Shown here one piece after another: positions 38,601 to 51,800 of a stretch of DNA of 64,000 bases. This stretch comes from Macrostomum hystrix. Its lineage: Eukaryota > Animalia > Platyhelminthes. How positions within the stretch are numbered: the stretch's first letter is position 1; the number at the start of each line of letters is the position of its first letter. Under the pieces are notes generated by a model. It had not been told where the DNA came from. It searched no databases and was given only the letters and a program-made list of their open reading frames with translations. The position numbers and the translations under genes were made by a program. The stretch covers positions 5,704,001-5,768,000 of the forward strand of contig CATNEN010000007.1 in assembly GCA_950097015.1 (NCBI GenBank). The letters run 5' to 3'.

Positions 38601-41600
38601 CTATGGTCCATGGGAAATTTTAATGTTAGATCAGTCTCAGAGTCTATGCATGCTCTGTAATTTTTCTTACGCAAAATATTGTCTATGGCCTCCGTCTATG
38701 GCAAAGCTTAGCAGAGAAGCTAGCGTACAAGCTCAAAAAATCAATAGCGATTTTTCAAATAAACTGGCATTCGACCGCACACCGTTTTAGAGTCTATGCT
38801 GCTTAAGATTTTTTAAAGCAAAATATTGTCTATAGCAGCTGTGTAGGCAAAGCTTCGCAGAAAAGCTAGCGAACACTTCAATAACTCGCCTCTAGAGCAA
38901 TTTTTCGTAACCAAATTTTTGTGGGAAAAGCTTACAAATGTTTACTGTAGACCTGTTAAATTACTGGGCTATAGGCTAACTGCTCACTCAGAGTGAGCGC
39001 ACAAAGAGTTACCCTTTTTTGGGACACCCGTTTTGTTACATTATAACATTACGAAAGTATGCGTTAGACGCACCTAGCTTAGACGCCAAAGCTTACCATA
39101 GACAGCAGTTAAGTTGCGTTATACGCACGCTGACGAGGAGAGAGGGGAAGAGAGAGAAGAGTGTACAAAAGAAGAATGTAAGAGCTTTACTGACCTGAGT
39201 TTACTCTACTTTACTTCACAGAATTTATCAGTGACATGGAGCCACCAACAAAAGTAAAGCTGATAGACCTGCGGCAATTCCCAAATGAAATGATTTCTGG
39301 AATGACTACGGATCAAATCGAGGATTTCTTGGCTGATTCGGATACACTACCTGAGCCTGCGATTACTAGCGACGATCAGCGATTGCTGGATTCGATTTAC
39401 GAATCACTACCTACTGAGGAGAACGAGATCGAATATCTGGAATTTTTTCCAGGAACTAGAGGACACTGCTGCTTGTAAAAAATGTTACTCGTGCCACGGA
39501 GTATTGGGTAAAGCGGCAAAAATATTTTATGGGCGACCATCCGTCTACAGAATGTGATTTGACGACTGCGACTCCAGTGAAGCTCGACTCCACGCTACGG
39601 TACTTTTACGGTACGCTGCGTCGGAAGGACGGAGAATACTATGCTCCGGCTACTCTAGTGTGCATTCGTGCTGCACTCTACCGCCATTTCATCAAAACCA
39701 GAAAACTGATCATCCTAAATGGCGGCGAATTCCACCAGTCAAATGAAACGCTGAAGTTATTGGGTCGCATCTTCATTGCTAGAGGCGGTAAAGTCCAGCA
39801 CTACCAAGCGATGGAAACCGAGGATTTGCGACGCCTATCGGAATATTTCGATCGGAAGTCCCCGACTGCCTTACAGCATGAGGTGTTCTATAGCATTGTC
39901 TATTAATTTGGCAACCGAGTGCGGCAATGGTTCCGTTCAATAGACGCGGACTCACTTGTGTTCAAGACAGACTCTGATGGATGTGAAGTTGTCACCTTTA
40001 TAACTGGAAAGACTGAGAATGTTGCAGAAACGATTTGTCGCGAATGTCCTGCGAGGACGTCAAGGAAGCTGTAATGAATTCGTTGCTAGATAAGAGTCGT
40101 TGCCCCGTCGAAGCACTCAAGCTTTATCTTACGAAGCGTTGTGAGTCCATCCCTGGTGACAGTTCTGGAAATACCCGAAAGCATGCATTCTGGCTACAAC
40201 CTAAACTGACCGGCTGGAAGAATGGAGCGTGGTACTATCCCAACAAGCCTGAGGGCGTCAACACGCTAGGACAAATGATGGCGATCATTTCAACGAAGGC
40301 GACTTTGACAAAAAAGTATATCAATCACTGCATTCGCTCTACTGTTGTGAAAGAGTTGGCAGATGCCGGCTATAGCGTCTCCGATAGCTGAAAGGTGACT
40401 GGACACAAACAGACGCGGACGTTAGAACGGTATTTGAGATTTGGTTCGCGATGAGATGCGGATATGCGGGGCATGGCCGATAGCCTGGCACGTGCACTGC
40501 ATCGTGGTAGTGACTCGACTCCTATATACCAAGAGCTTGTTGACACAACTGTTGAACTGCCCAAGCAAGATCAACGGGTTGTGATGGTCGATTCATCGAC
40601 TCTGAACACTCTTGGAACAAATGATACTGCCACCGCAACGATGCTAACGAACACTACCGGCAATGGCAGGCCTACAGTGATCTACAACATACCCGGTACA
40701 TTGCACAACTGCAGCGTTTTCAATCCCTAAATCAGATCGAACTACGCATGAGCTGAAAATATTAATAGACTGCATGTTTACTGTTTGAATACTAATATCC
40801 CTGTTGAGTTCGTAATTAAATATATCTGATCCTGTTTCAGTGTGCTTTTATTGCATTAAACGCACGCTACTGACGTTAGATGCACGATGAATTTTTTGGC
40901 CTTGTCAACAGGGTCTTCGACAAGAATCGCTGAATATCTCGACTATGCTGACGTCGAACGGCTCTGAAAGTTAGCTCGTCGTCAAGGGCAGAAAATGTTT
41001 ATCTAAATGATGGACTCTCACTTATGTCGGTCATTCGGTTTGGGATCTATCGTGAAGTAGGCAGTGGGTATTCCAAATGGGGGGAATAGTGTAGTCTCTC
41101 TACTGTTAATGCGACATGCAACTGGACTTCTTATCTGCTAGTCTCAGGAAATGATCCAAGCAGAACTTCGATTCTCTTTACCTTCCAGCGAAGGAGTTCT
41201 TTCAGCAGTCTTTCGACAATGAAGAACAGGTACATGCCGCCAAACACAGTGCAGCTGCGCCACAGGTACCACGGATGCTGCGATAGGAAATCCTCCCAGG
41301 TTGTGTGGTCGTCGTGCTCAGCATGAAACAGGTGGTGATGGTGGTGGTCGTGATCATGGATGAGGGTGGAGTTCTCCTTGTTCACCTCCTCGTGGATGAA
41401 GCCCAGCTGGAGGCACTGAATCGTCAAGGGATTGGCGAAAATTTTGATTCGAAAGAAAAAACAGTAGAATTATTTACTGGCTAGTTTCAAACGCTGAGTT
41501 AGAAGCTACTTCACTGAGTCAAGCTCTCGACTGTGAACTGTGGAAAGCTTTGAAACTCAGAAAGTCAGAAAACTGTCACCCGCCACAGTTGAATCAGGTG

Positions 41601-43673
41601 AACTACTGATATTTGTTATCTCTTCCAACTGAGCGAAGTGCTTTTTTGCTAAACGGCGAAAACAGGCCCCTCCAGCCCCAGGGTTACAGTTTTATCTGTA
41701 AGATAGCGCAGCGGTGCTAAGCATGGCAACTGAATTTTTCAAGCACGCATTGTCAAGAATTCATAAATTGGGTGCAATAGATCAAAGTTTGATTTTGAGA
41801 AAAAGTTTCCAGTGCTCTATAGTCCGTCAGTTTTTTAAAGAATTGACTAGAAATATTTTGCCGACTTAAACAAACGGAATATACGCTCGTAGAACAAAAA
41901 ACACACAGATTATGCAGTCAAAACCAGCATTTATTCAGCCTATGCTCTACACCTTATTTGAGCAGGTGCAAATCACTGCTATGGAAATCGATACTTTCTA
42001 TAAGGCTTATGATTTGCATCAAATCAGCAAGAAGGCATGCACTAACAATCCTCCGATGCTTTAAAGGCCTTTCCTTTGACCCGAAATGAAATCTATGCCG
42101 ATCAGAAAAAGCCAATCAAAGCTGCAGATATGGGGAAAGTACTGCGCTCAGTGCACTCTAGCTACCATGGCCATACTCGCGGCAAGCTGCTTTTTAGACG
42201 GTCGCGCAATAAATGGAACAATTGACACTTGTGCACTTTTACACTGATTAGGCCTAGACTGCTCTCTGCGGTCTCACATTCAATCTCCACTACTACTCAC
42301 ATCAGGCAGCAGGATAAGCAGCGCGGTGGCCACCAGAGATCCCACAGCCAGGGAGACCATGAAGGTCATGAGCAGCTTGTAGACCCGGCGGCCCATGAAG
42401 GGCAGGAAGATAATGCCGAGCAGTGCACACAGGTTGATCAGGGTCACGAACAGCAGGCCGTAGCCCCACACTGCGAGTAGGTGGATTGGGGGATTGGCAG
42501 ATATTTTTTAGCTCAAAGAACTCATGGCTGTGCAAGCCTTGCCTAGAGTCTAGCAAGCAAGCCTAGCATTCCATTCTATTTTACTCTATTTTATTATATT
42601 CTAGTCTATTCTATTCAATTCTATTCTATTCCATTTTAGTCTATTCTATTCTGTCCTATTCTAGTCTATTCTATTGTATTCTATCCTATTCTAGTCTATT
42701 CTATTGTATTCTATTCTATGCTATTCTATACTATTCTATTCCATTCTAGTCTATTCTATTCTATTCTATTCTATTCTATTCTATTCTATTCTATTCTATT
42801 CTATTCTATTCTTTTCTACTCGATTCTACTACTCTACTCTATTATATTCTTTTCTATTCTTTTAGACGTTGATCGACCGGATTGGGACAGGTGGTCATCA
42901 ACTGTTATGTACAATATTAATCTATTATTATTCCATTCTATTCTAAATTCCTAAAGTCAAGAGTAAAAGTGCATGAAGGCTTTGCTTTAAGTGACTCATG
43001 ATGCTCATGCTATCAACGCACATGACTATCTTCAAACAATGAAAAGACACTGAAACGACAAAAGAATAACAAATAGCTAGTTGAAGTCCGTCAAATGAAA
43101 ATGTGAGCAGCTAACAGACACTGGCTTGCTTGCTCACCCTGCACCGCAGTCGGAGCCGAGTGGCCGTGGTCCGGCTCCTCCCCAGTCACAAATCTGGAAG
43201 CCGACTGACGGTAGCAAGCGGGAGTTTGCACGCCTCCCAGCAGGGTTGTCACCAGCTGACTGGCATTGTCCCGGGTCCAGGCCAGGGGCAGCAGGTTCTC
43301 AGGCTGACTGGGGCACTGCGGAGCGAAGTTGCATTCGATGTATGACTCCTGAATGATATCAGATGTGTACAAATACCAGAAGCTCAAAGCGCTTACCTCA
43401 ATCTTCGCTGTGCTCACTCGATCCATCAAGCCCGTGCTCATGCTGATGCCGGCTAGAAAGTCTGTCACATTGCGGCCATAGACAATGCCGTTGCGGCCGT
43501 ACATACGGATGAACCGATCGGCCAGAGATGCGATCGCCAGGCTTCCGCCATCAACCGAGGCCTGAAAATTTGTTTAAAAAACACGCCATTAGAAAATTTC
43601 TGTCAAAATAGGCAGAAGATCATTTTGGTTTGAGATCGTGATGAAAAAGTATTTTCTATTCAATACTTACCAT
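35690..43673 (-). CDS. ZIP8/ZIP14-like (SLC39, LIV-1 subfamily) metal transporter, copy A, 7 coding exons, about 505 aa
   Basis: complement(join(35690..35842,37316..37930,41182..41415,42301..42470,43138..43315,43397..43561,43671..43673)), all GT/AG and in frame. VWGYG...LAVGSL TM1-2, [12 protein letters not shown]4, [13 protein letters not shown]5 (EExPHE form typical of ZIP8/14), [24 protein letters not shown]8. Confidence 0.9.
35853..37200. repeat. Compound intronic minisatellite: 14-bp (GACAGGTGAGAT[C/T]A)n grading into 16-bp (GAGACAGAGGTGAGAT)n
   Basis: Fills the last intron of ZIP copy A. Confidence 0.95.
37970..41078 (+). mobile_element. Decayed Crypton-like (tyrosine recombinase, DUF3504-type) DNA transposon in a ZIP intron; ends tentative
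   Basis: Contains a disrupted YR gene. Flanked by the 13-bp direct repeat GGGTATT[T/C]CAAAT at 37970-37982 and 41066-41078. Confidence 0.6.
39236..40730 (+). pseudogene. Disrupted tyrosine recombinase of CryptonA/DUF3504 (KCTD1/ZMYM-related) type
   Basis: ORF fragments [24 protein letters not shown]; [17 protein letters not shown]; [12 protein letters not shown]; FWLQP...WY.PNKP.GVNTL; YINHCIRST; *KVTGHKQ...LERY (R...HxxR...H...Y tetrad). Several stops and frameshifts. Confidence 0.8.
42570..42860. repeat. (CTATT)n microsatellite in a ZIP copy A intron
   Basis: Directly visible pentanucleotide repeat. Confidence 0.95.
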
Positions 43674-44337
43674 TCTTTACTTATTTGTGGTTTGAATGTT
43701 ACTAAAACAAGCAACTCTCTTCAACAGTACCACAGTACAGCTGGTAAGGCAAGGGCCGCTTAGCCAAGCTAATGCGTATTATTTTTCAAATTCGCGCCCT
43801 TTTATAAACGCGCTTCAGTGTAGTATAACAAAGTTATTTTTATAACCTATGCACAAGTCGGCTTTGAAATATTACACACAATTTAAATAATTGATTATTA
43901 CAAAGTAGTATAAAATGTTATAAAACTGTATATTTTTATTTACATTTCTAATTTTTAGTTTGCAATTCTTATTATAAAAATACGATCTGCATGTTAATTC
44001 AAAAGATGGTTTTAATTTTTAATAACTTCTTTACCTCCGTTTCTAACATTTCACCCGATTCGCAGCTCCATGAACTTCCAGAAATGACTGGTGTAAAAAC
44101 ACCTTACCAAGCCTTCTCTAGCCAGGGTTAATTAGTTGGAGTCTATAAAATACATATGCGTATTCCTATAATATGATCATGAGACACGATGGGAAACTTG
44201 GTCTAAAATTCCTACATGCAGCTACAAAATGACCGCAGCGACGTAAATGTAGGCTGCAGCTTAACTGAACGACAACAAGATAGTTACTTCGTGCACCTGC
44301 ATTCATCATGTCAACACCAAACGAATAATTCTGAGGA

Positions 44338-44585
44338 GCTCATCTCACCTGTCTTATCTCACCTCTGTCTCATCTCACTTCTGTCTCATCTCACCTCTGT
44401 CTCATCTCACCTCTGTCCGATCTTACCTCTGACTGATCTCACCTCTGTCTCATCTCACCTCTGTCTCATCTCACCTCTGTCTCATCTCACCTGTCTGATC
44501 TCACTTCTTGTCTCATCTCACCTCTGTCTCATCTCACTTCTGTCTCATCTCACCTCTGTCTCATCTCACCTCTGTCTGATCCCAC
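44338..44585. repeat. 16-bp repeat (CTCATCTCACCTCTGT)n
   Basis: Reverse complement of the 16-bp unit at 36600-37150. Confidence 0.92.
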
Positions 44586-45189
44586 CCTTTAAAGGAACAT
44601 TCTGAACTAAATTTTTAGGAATTTTTACCTGAAGTAAATAATCAAACTCAAGCCATCATGATTTAATAAAAATCTTATAAAAGTGCATTTAAAACTGTTA
44701 TCGCCTCCCCGTGCGCAATGCCAAAGTTGACCGCGTGCCGTGACGCACCGGGCACCGCTGCGCTATCTTGAAGATAACAGCGCTCTCGTATTTCCATTCG
44801 CACCTTTGATCTGTCCCACTCAGCATTGCGCTGCGAGTCCAAGTTGTGCTGGCACCGCTGAGCTAACTTTGAGATAACGCAAATGCTGCAGCATGGGCCA
44901 TCCCATAGAGGTTGCGCAGGATTAGACGCATTTGGACAGCATTTTATGACATTTTTGTTTTGAAAGATAAGACGCACACAGCAAAGCAAAATGGCACAAT
45001 TATGAAATCTGTTGCTTGGTTGCCATGACAACAAAAAATGCACTGTGTTTACTTCTGTGTTTATCGCCTTCAGCTAGCGTTAGCAATTCAGTAGATTATT
45101 TATTTTTTTAACATTTATTTTTTCGGTATTCCGAAATCGTGTTAGTAACTTTCTACTTTCTACAACTAATATTCTTCTAAATACATGAA

Positions 45190-46990
45190 ACTGACTTTTG
45201 TTCTTGAGAGTGACTTTCTATTCATGAGAGTGACTTTCTATTCATGAGAGTGACTTTCTATTCATGAGAGTGACTTTTAGCTCATGAGAGTGACTTTCTA
45301 TTCATGAGAGTGACTTTCTATTCATGAGAGTGACTTTTAGCTCATGAGAGTGACTTTTAGCTCATGAGAGTGACTTTTAGTTCATGAGAGTGACTTTCTA
45401 CTCATAAGAGGGACTTTCTATTCATTAGAGTGACTTTCTATTCATAAGAGTGAATTTCTATTCATAAGAGTGACTTTCTATTCATAAGAGTGAATTTCTA
45501 TTCATAAGAGTGACTTTCTGTTCATGAGAGTGACTTTCTATTCATAAGAGTGACTTTCTACTCATAAGAGTGACTTTCTATTCATTAGAGTGACTTTCTA
45601 TTCATAAGAGTGAATTTCTATTCATAAGAGTGAATTTCTATTCATGAGAGGGACTTTCTATTCATGAGAGTGACTTTCTATTTATAAGAGTGACTTTCTA
45701 TTCATAAGAGTGACTTTCTATTCATGAGAGTGACTTTTAGCTCATGAGAGTGACTTTTAGTTCATGAGAGTGACTTTTAGCTCATGAGAGTGACTTTTAG
45801 CTCATGAGAGCGACTTTTAGTTCATGAGAGTGACTTTTAGTTCATGAGAGTGACTTTCTGTTCATGAGAGTGACTTTCTGTTCATAATAGTGACTTTCTG
45901 TTCATGAGAGTGACTTTCTGTTCATAATAGTGACTTTCTGTTCATGAGAGCGACTTTTAGTTCATGAGAGTGACTTTCAGTTCATGAGAGTGACTTTTAG
46001 TTCATGAGAGTGCCTTTCAGCTCAAGAGAGTGACTTTTAGCTCATGAGAGTGACTTTCTATTCACGAGAGTGACTCTCTATTCATAAGAGTGACTTTCTA
46101 TTCATGAGAGTGACTTTCTATTCACGAGAGCGACTTTCTGTTCATGAGAGCGACTTTAAGTTCATGAGAGTGACTTTCAATTCATGAGAGTGACTTTTAG
46201 TTCATGAGAGTGACTTTCTTTTCATGAGAGCGACTTTTAGTTCATGAGAGTGACTTTTAGTTCATGAGAGTGACTTTTAGTTCATGAGAGTGACTTTTAG
46301 TTCATGAGAGTGACTTTCTATTCATGAGAGTGACTTTCTATTCACGAGAGAGACTTTCTATTCATAAGAGTGACTTTCTATTCATAAGAGTGACTTTCTA
46401 TTCACGAGAGCGACTTTCTGTTCATGAGAGCGACTTTTAGTTCATGAGAGTGACTTTCAATTCATGAGAGTGACTTTTAGTTCATGAGAGTGACTTTCTT
46501 TTCATGAGAGCGACTTTTAGTTCATGAGAGTGACTTTTAGTTCATGAGAGTGACTTTTAGTTCATGAGAGTGACTTTTAGTTCATGAGAGTGACTTTTAG
46601 CTCATGAGAGTGACTTTTAGCTCATGAGAGTGACTTTTAGTTCATGAGAGTGACTTTTAGTTCATGAGAGTGATCTTTTGTCCATGAGAGTGACTTTCAG
46701 CTCAAGAGAATGACTTTTAGCTCATGAGAGTGACTTTCAATTCATGAGAGTGACTTTCTACTCATAAGAGTGACTTTCTATTCATTAGAGTGACTTTCTA
46801 TTCATAAGAGTGAATTTCTATTCACGAGAGCGACTTTTAGTTCATGAGAGTGACTTTCTACTCATAAGAGTGACTTTCTATTCATTAGAGTGACTTTCTA
46901 TTCATAAGAGTGAATTTCTATTCACGAGAGCGACTTTTAGTTCATGAGAGTGACTTTCAATTCATGAGAGTGACTTTTAGTTCATGACAT
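45190..46990. repeat. 20-bp minisatellite (TTCATGAGAGTGACTTT[CTA/TAG])n, about 90 copies
   Basis: Strict 20-bp register across 1.8 kb. Confidence 0.97.
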
Positions 46991-47036
46991 TGACTTAAAT
47001 GCAAAGCTTCAATAACTAAAACCAATAGGTCTCCAC

Positions 47037-47335
47037 GAGGAGGTTGTAGCTTAGTGGACATGGCGTCGGACTCACAACTTGAAGGTTGGGGGTTCGATTC
47101 CCGACTCCACTGGAACAATTTGTGTGCCCTTTAGCAGGAAACTTAATTCTGCATTGCTTCAGTTCACCCATCTGTTAAATGGGTACCAGCATCAGCTGGG
47201 GTAATTGAGGGTGGGTGTGGCGTCCCCCCAGTCTATGGACTGAACAGCCGTACGCGGCCTTCAAATGCGCTGCTCAATAGCTGCGGCTGTGCTGTCGGCT
47301 GCACATCTGGCCCTAATGGGGCAGGTATAATCAAT
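47037..47335 (+). mobile_element. tRNA-derived SINE with Nin/Deu-domain-like central core
   Basis: tRNA-like head with A box (TAGCTTAGTGG) and B box (GGTTCGATTCC), followed by GTGTGCCCTTTAGCAGGAAACTTAA...TTCACCCATCTGTTAAATGGGTACC, resembling the conserved Nin/Deu SINE core. Second copy at 10455. Confidence 0.78.
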
Positions 47336-47610
47336 TAATTATTCAATAGCGCAATAAGTGACATTTTTATTTTTTAGCTTGAGTTTGCCCTGACAACACA
47401 AGCTCCCTTTCCACAATGCGGCTGCATGAGGTAAAGGTAATATATTATTGTTCTCACACGCGCTGGTTGCAGGCCAATACATCAAGTCATGATTTATCCT
47501 ACTGCAGTTTCTCCCGGGTTGACTATTACAAAGCTAAACATGCCGTCTCAACTTGTTCAGAGGAAAGTTAAAAGTGTACAGTGCGTTCAAAGTTTTGAAT
47601 TAGGCTTCAA

Positions 47611-48202
47611 TCAGGCTGAATTTATCAGCAGCAAACACTGGAATGTCGTCATCAGCGAGCACCAGTTGAATGGACCTTGGCTTCGTTGCTCAGCGCAATC
47701 ACAACAACGAAGCTGGGCAGCTTGAGGGCTGCCAGGGGGCTCCAGTAGGGTGCTGTTCCAGTAGCTGAACTCCCATCGAACAGAAGCGCGGAGTGTCCGA
47801 AACGTTGACGTACGTGTACCAGTTGAAGTCAACGGAAGCGTCAAATCTGCGCTGAAAAGTGCGCCAGCACGTCATCCTATCGATTATCTTCTTAACCTTA
47901 AATATTAATTAGTTTTTAGTTATTCGTTAATTTTGTTATTGACTCACCCAGACACACGGCAGGCTGGATTAGTCGGCATTTATGCACTTCCTGCATCCGT
48001 GCTAGCCGCCGCGGCACACGAACAGCCACTCAGCCTCGTCAAACTGCACATACTGAACTGAACTGAACAAGCCGCAATACCGTTCGCTGCGTACTCTTCG
48101 TCCAGGTTGTCACGGATACGACTTTATGCGCTGGAGGAACTCTGCGCTGACTGCTGCAGAGGCGCAGCACAGCAGGTGCAGCAACAATGGTGGTGATGCC
48201 AT
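47611..48202 (-). pseudogene. Possible pseudogene of a secreted fibrinogen-related (FReD-like) protein
   Basis: Signal-like MASPPLLLHLLCCASAAVSA followed by stops and frameshifts. A GTGAGT donor (47947) and TTTTCAG acceptor (47852) give ...PCVW|RRFDASVDFNWYTYVN, similar to the FReD motif RRxDGSVDF..W..Y..GF. Confidence 0.35.
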
Positions 48203-48847
48203 TCCAAAGCAGACATCAGACAGTTTTTTCGGAGCAAATTCCTCTCAATTAGTTGTGGCTCTCATGGAGTTAATGGCTGTTCTGGGTAGAGTGTACCCAG
48301 TTCTGGGTAGAGTGTACCCAGTTCTGGGTAGCTTATCGATTATAATCATTCTGCTGGTTGAACATCAAACCCTTTCGAACCAAAAAACACTAAACTTTAT
48401 TGGACAGGAAGTCGGTATATATATATATGTTGTCGAACAATCGGCAGTTAGTTTTCAAGCATGGAAATTGTAACTATTTCTGCTGATGAGGCCCAGGGTG
48501 AGATAAACTCGAAAAGCTGTAGCATGAATAGAATTTTTAGATGGAAGGGCATGCGTCATTTTTGTTGTTGTTGGTGCTGATTGCGGCTTGCGACTTATTG
48601 GGGCCGACAATCCGGCCTCCATAATTCGCGTCATCAGACTACATAATCTGTGGCATAGCTACATAAGGACCCCCCTCTTCCTACTGCTTTCTTGGTAGTT
48701 AACGATTGTGTTGGTGGCCATACGTACCAGATGACTTTCACCAGCTTCAGGTCCTGCTCGGGTCTTGACGCGGTTGGCAGAAAGAGCACGGATGGCTAAG
48801 TCTGATCATTAAGCTCGATGGAGTCAGGAGAGTCAAAGTTGCTGATG

Positions 48848-51800
48848 GCTAGCTATCAGCCGGAGTGTAGATGGTGGTGTTTTAGCTAGCTATCAGCCGG
48901 AGTATTGTAGATGGTGGTGTTTTAGCTAGCTATCAGCCGGAGTATTGTAGATGGTGGTATTTTAGCTAGCTATCAGCCGGAGTATTGTAGATGGTGGTAT
49001 TTTAGCTAGCTATCAGCCGGAGTATTGTAGATGGTGGTATTTTAGCTAGCTATCAGCCGGAGTATTGTAGATGGTGGTATTTTAGCTAGCTATCAGCCGG
49101 AGTATTGTAGATGGTGGTATTTTAGCTAGCTATCAGCCGGAGTATTGTAGATGGTGGTATTTTAGCTAGCTATCAGCCGGAGTGTAGATGGTGGTATTTT
49201 AGCTAGCTATCAGCCGGAGTGTAGATGGTGGTATTTTAGCTAGCTATCAGCCGGAGTGTAGATGGTGGTATTTTAGCTAGCTATCAGCCGGAGTATTGTA
49301 GATGGTGGTGTTTTAGCTAGCTATCAGCCGGAGTATTGTAGATGGTGGTGTTTTAGCTAGCTATCAGCCGGAGTATTGTAGATGGTGGTGTTTTAGCTAG
49401 CTATCAGCCGGAGTATTGTAGATGGTGGTGTTTTAGCTAGCTATCAGCCGGAGTATTGTAGATGGTGGTATTTTAGCTAGCTATCAGCCGGAGTATTGTA
49501 GATGGTGGTGTTTTAGCTAGCTATCAGCCGGAGTATTGTAGATGGTGGTATTTTAGCTAGCTATCAGCCAGAGTATTGTAGATGGTGGTATTTTAGCTAG
49601 CTATCAGCCGGAGTATTGTAGATGGTGGTGTTTTAGCTAGCTATCAGCCGGAGTATTGTAGATGGTGGTATTTTAGCTAGCTATCAGCCGGAGTATTGTA
49701 GATGGTGTTGTTTTAGCTAGCTATCAGCCGGAGTATTGTAGATGGTGGTGTTTTAGCTAGCTATCAGCCGGAGTATTGTAGATGGTGGTATTTTAGCTAG
49801 CTATCAGCCGGAGTATTGTAGATGGTGGTATTTTAGCTAGCTATCAGCCGGAGTATTGTAGATGGTGGTGTTTTAGCTAGCTATCAGCCGGAGTATTGTA
49901 GATGGTGGTATTTTAGCTAGCTATCAGCCGGAGTATTGTAGATGGTGGTGTTTTAGCTAGCTATCAGCCGGAGTATTGTAGATGGTGGTGTTTTAGCTAG
50001 CTATCAGCCGGAGTATTGTAGATGGTGGTGTTTTAGCTAGCTATCAGCCGGAGTATTGTAGATGGTGGTATTTTAGCTAGCTATCAGCCGGAGTGTAGAT
50101 GGTGGTGTTTTAGCTAGCTATCAGCCGGAGTATTGTAGATGGTGGTATTTTAGCTAGCTATCAGCCGGAGTGTAGATGGTGGTATTTTAGCTAGCTATCA
50201 GCCGGAGTATTGTAGATGGTGGTGTTTTAGCTAGCTATCAGCCGGAGTATTGTAGATGGTGGTGTTTTAGCTAGCTATCAGCCGGAGTATTGTAGATGGT
50301 GGTGTTTTAGCTAGCTATCAGCCGGAGTATTGTAGATGGTGTTGTTTTAGCTAGCTATCAGCCGGAGTATTGTAGATGGTGGTATTTTAGCTAGCTATCA
50401 GCCGGAGTGTAGATGGTGGTATTTTAGCTAGCTATCAGCCGGAGTGTAGATGGTGGTATTTTAGCTAGCTATCAGCCGGAGTATTGTAGATGGTGGTGTT
50501 TTAGCTAGCTATCAGCCGGAGTATTGTAGATGGTGGTATTTTAGCTAGCTATCAGCCGGAGTGTAGATGGTGGTATTTTAGCTAGCTATCAGCCGGAGTA
50601 TTGTAGATGGTGGTGTTTTAGCTAGCTATCAGCCGGAGTATTGTAGATGGTGGTATTTTAGCTAGCTATCAGCCGGAGTATTGTAGATGGTGGTATTTTA
50701 GCTAGCTATCAGCCGGAGTATTGTAGATGGTGGTATTTTAGCTAGCTATCAGCCGGAGTGTAGATGGTGGTGTTTTAGCTAGCTATCAGCCGGAGTATTG
50801 TAGATGGTGGTATTTTAGCTAGCTATCAGCCGGAGTATTGTAGATGGTGGTATTTTAGCTAGCTATCAGCAGGAGTATTGTAGATGGTGGTATTTTAGCT
50901 AGCTATCAGCCGGAGTATTGTAGATGGTGGTGTTTTAGCTAGCTATCAGCCGGAGTATTGTAGATGGTGGTATTTTAGCTAGCTATCAGCCGGAGTATTG
51001 TAGATGGTGGTGTTTTAGCTAGCTATCAGCCGGAGTATTGTAGATGGTGGTGTTTTAGCTAGCTATCAGCCGGAGTATTGTAGATGGTGGTATTTTAGCT
51101 AGCTATCAGCCGGAGTATTGTAGATGGTGGTATTTTAGCTAGCTATCAGCCGGAGTATTGTAGATGGTGGTATTTTAGCTAGCTATCAGCCGGAGTATTG
51201 TAGATGGTGGTGTTTTAGCTAGCTATCAGCCGGAGTATTGTAGATGGTGGTGTTTTAGCTAGCTATCAGCCGGAGTATTGTAGATGGTGGTGTTTTAGCT
51301 AGCTATCAGCCGGAGTATTGTAGATGGTGGTATTTTAGCTAGCTATCAGCCGGAGTGTAGATGGTGGTATTTTAGCTAGCTATCAGCCGGAGTATTGTAG
51401 ATGGTGGTATTTTAGCTAGCTATCAGCCGGAGTGTAGATGGTGGTATTTTAGCTAGCTATCAGCCGGAGTATTGTAGATGGTGGTATTTTAGCTAGCTAT
51501 CAGCCGGAGTATTGTAGATGGTGGTGTTTTAGCTAGCTATCAGCCGGAGTATTGTAGATGGTGGTATTTTAGCTAGCTATCAGCCGGAGTATTGTAGATG
51601 GTGGTGTTTTAGCTAGCTATCAGCCGGAGTATTGTAGATGGTGGTATTTTAGCTAGCTATCAGCCGGAGTATTGTAGATGGTGGTATTTTAGCTAGCTAT
51701 CAGCCAGAGTAGTGTAGATGGTGGTACTTTAGCTAGCTATCAGCCAGAGTAGTGTAGATGGTGGTATTTTAGCTAGCTATCAGCCGGAGTATTGTAGATG

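Noticed and set aside
47037-47112. tRNA gene
   Set aside because: A and B boxes are present, but the sequence continues into a SINE body shared with 10455-10685. Treated as a SINE head.
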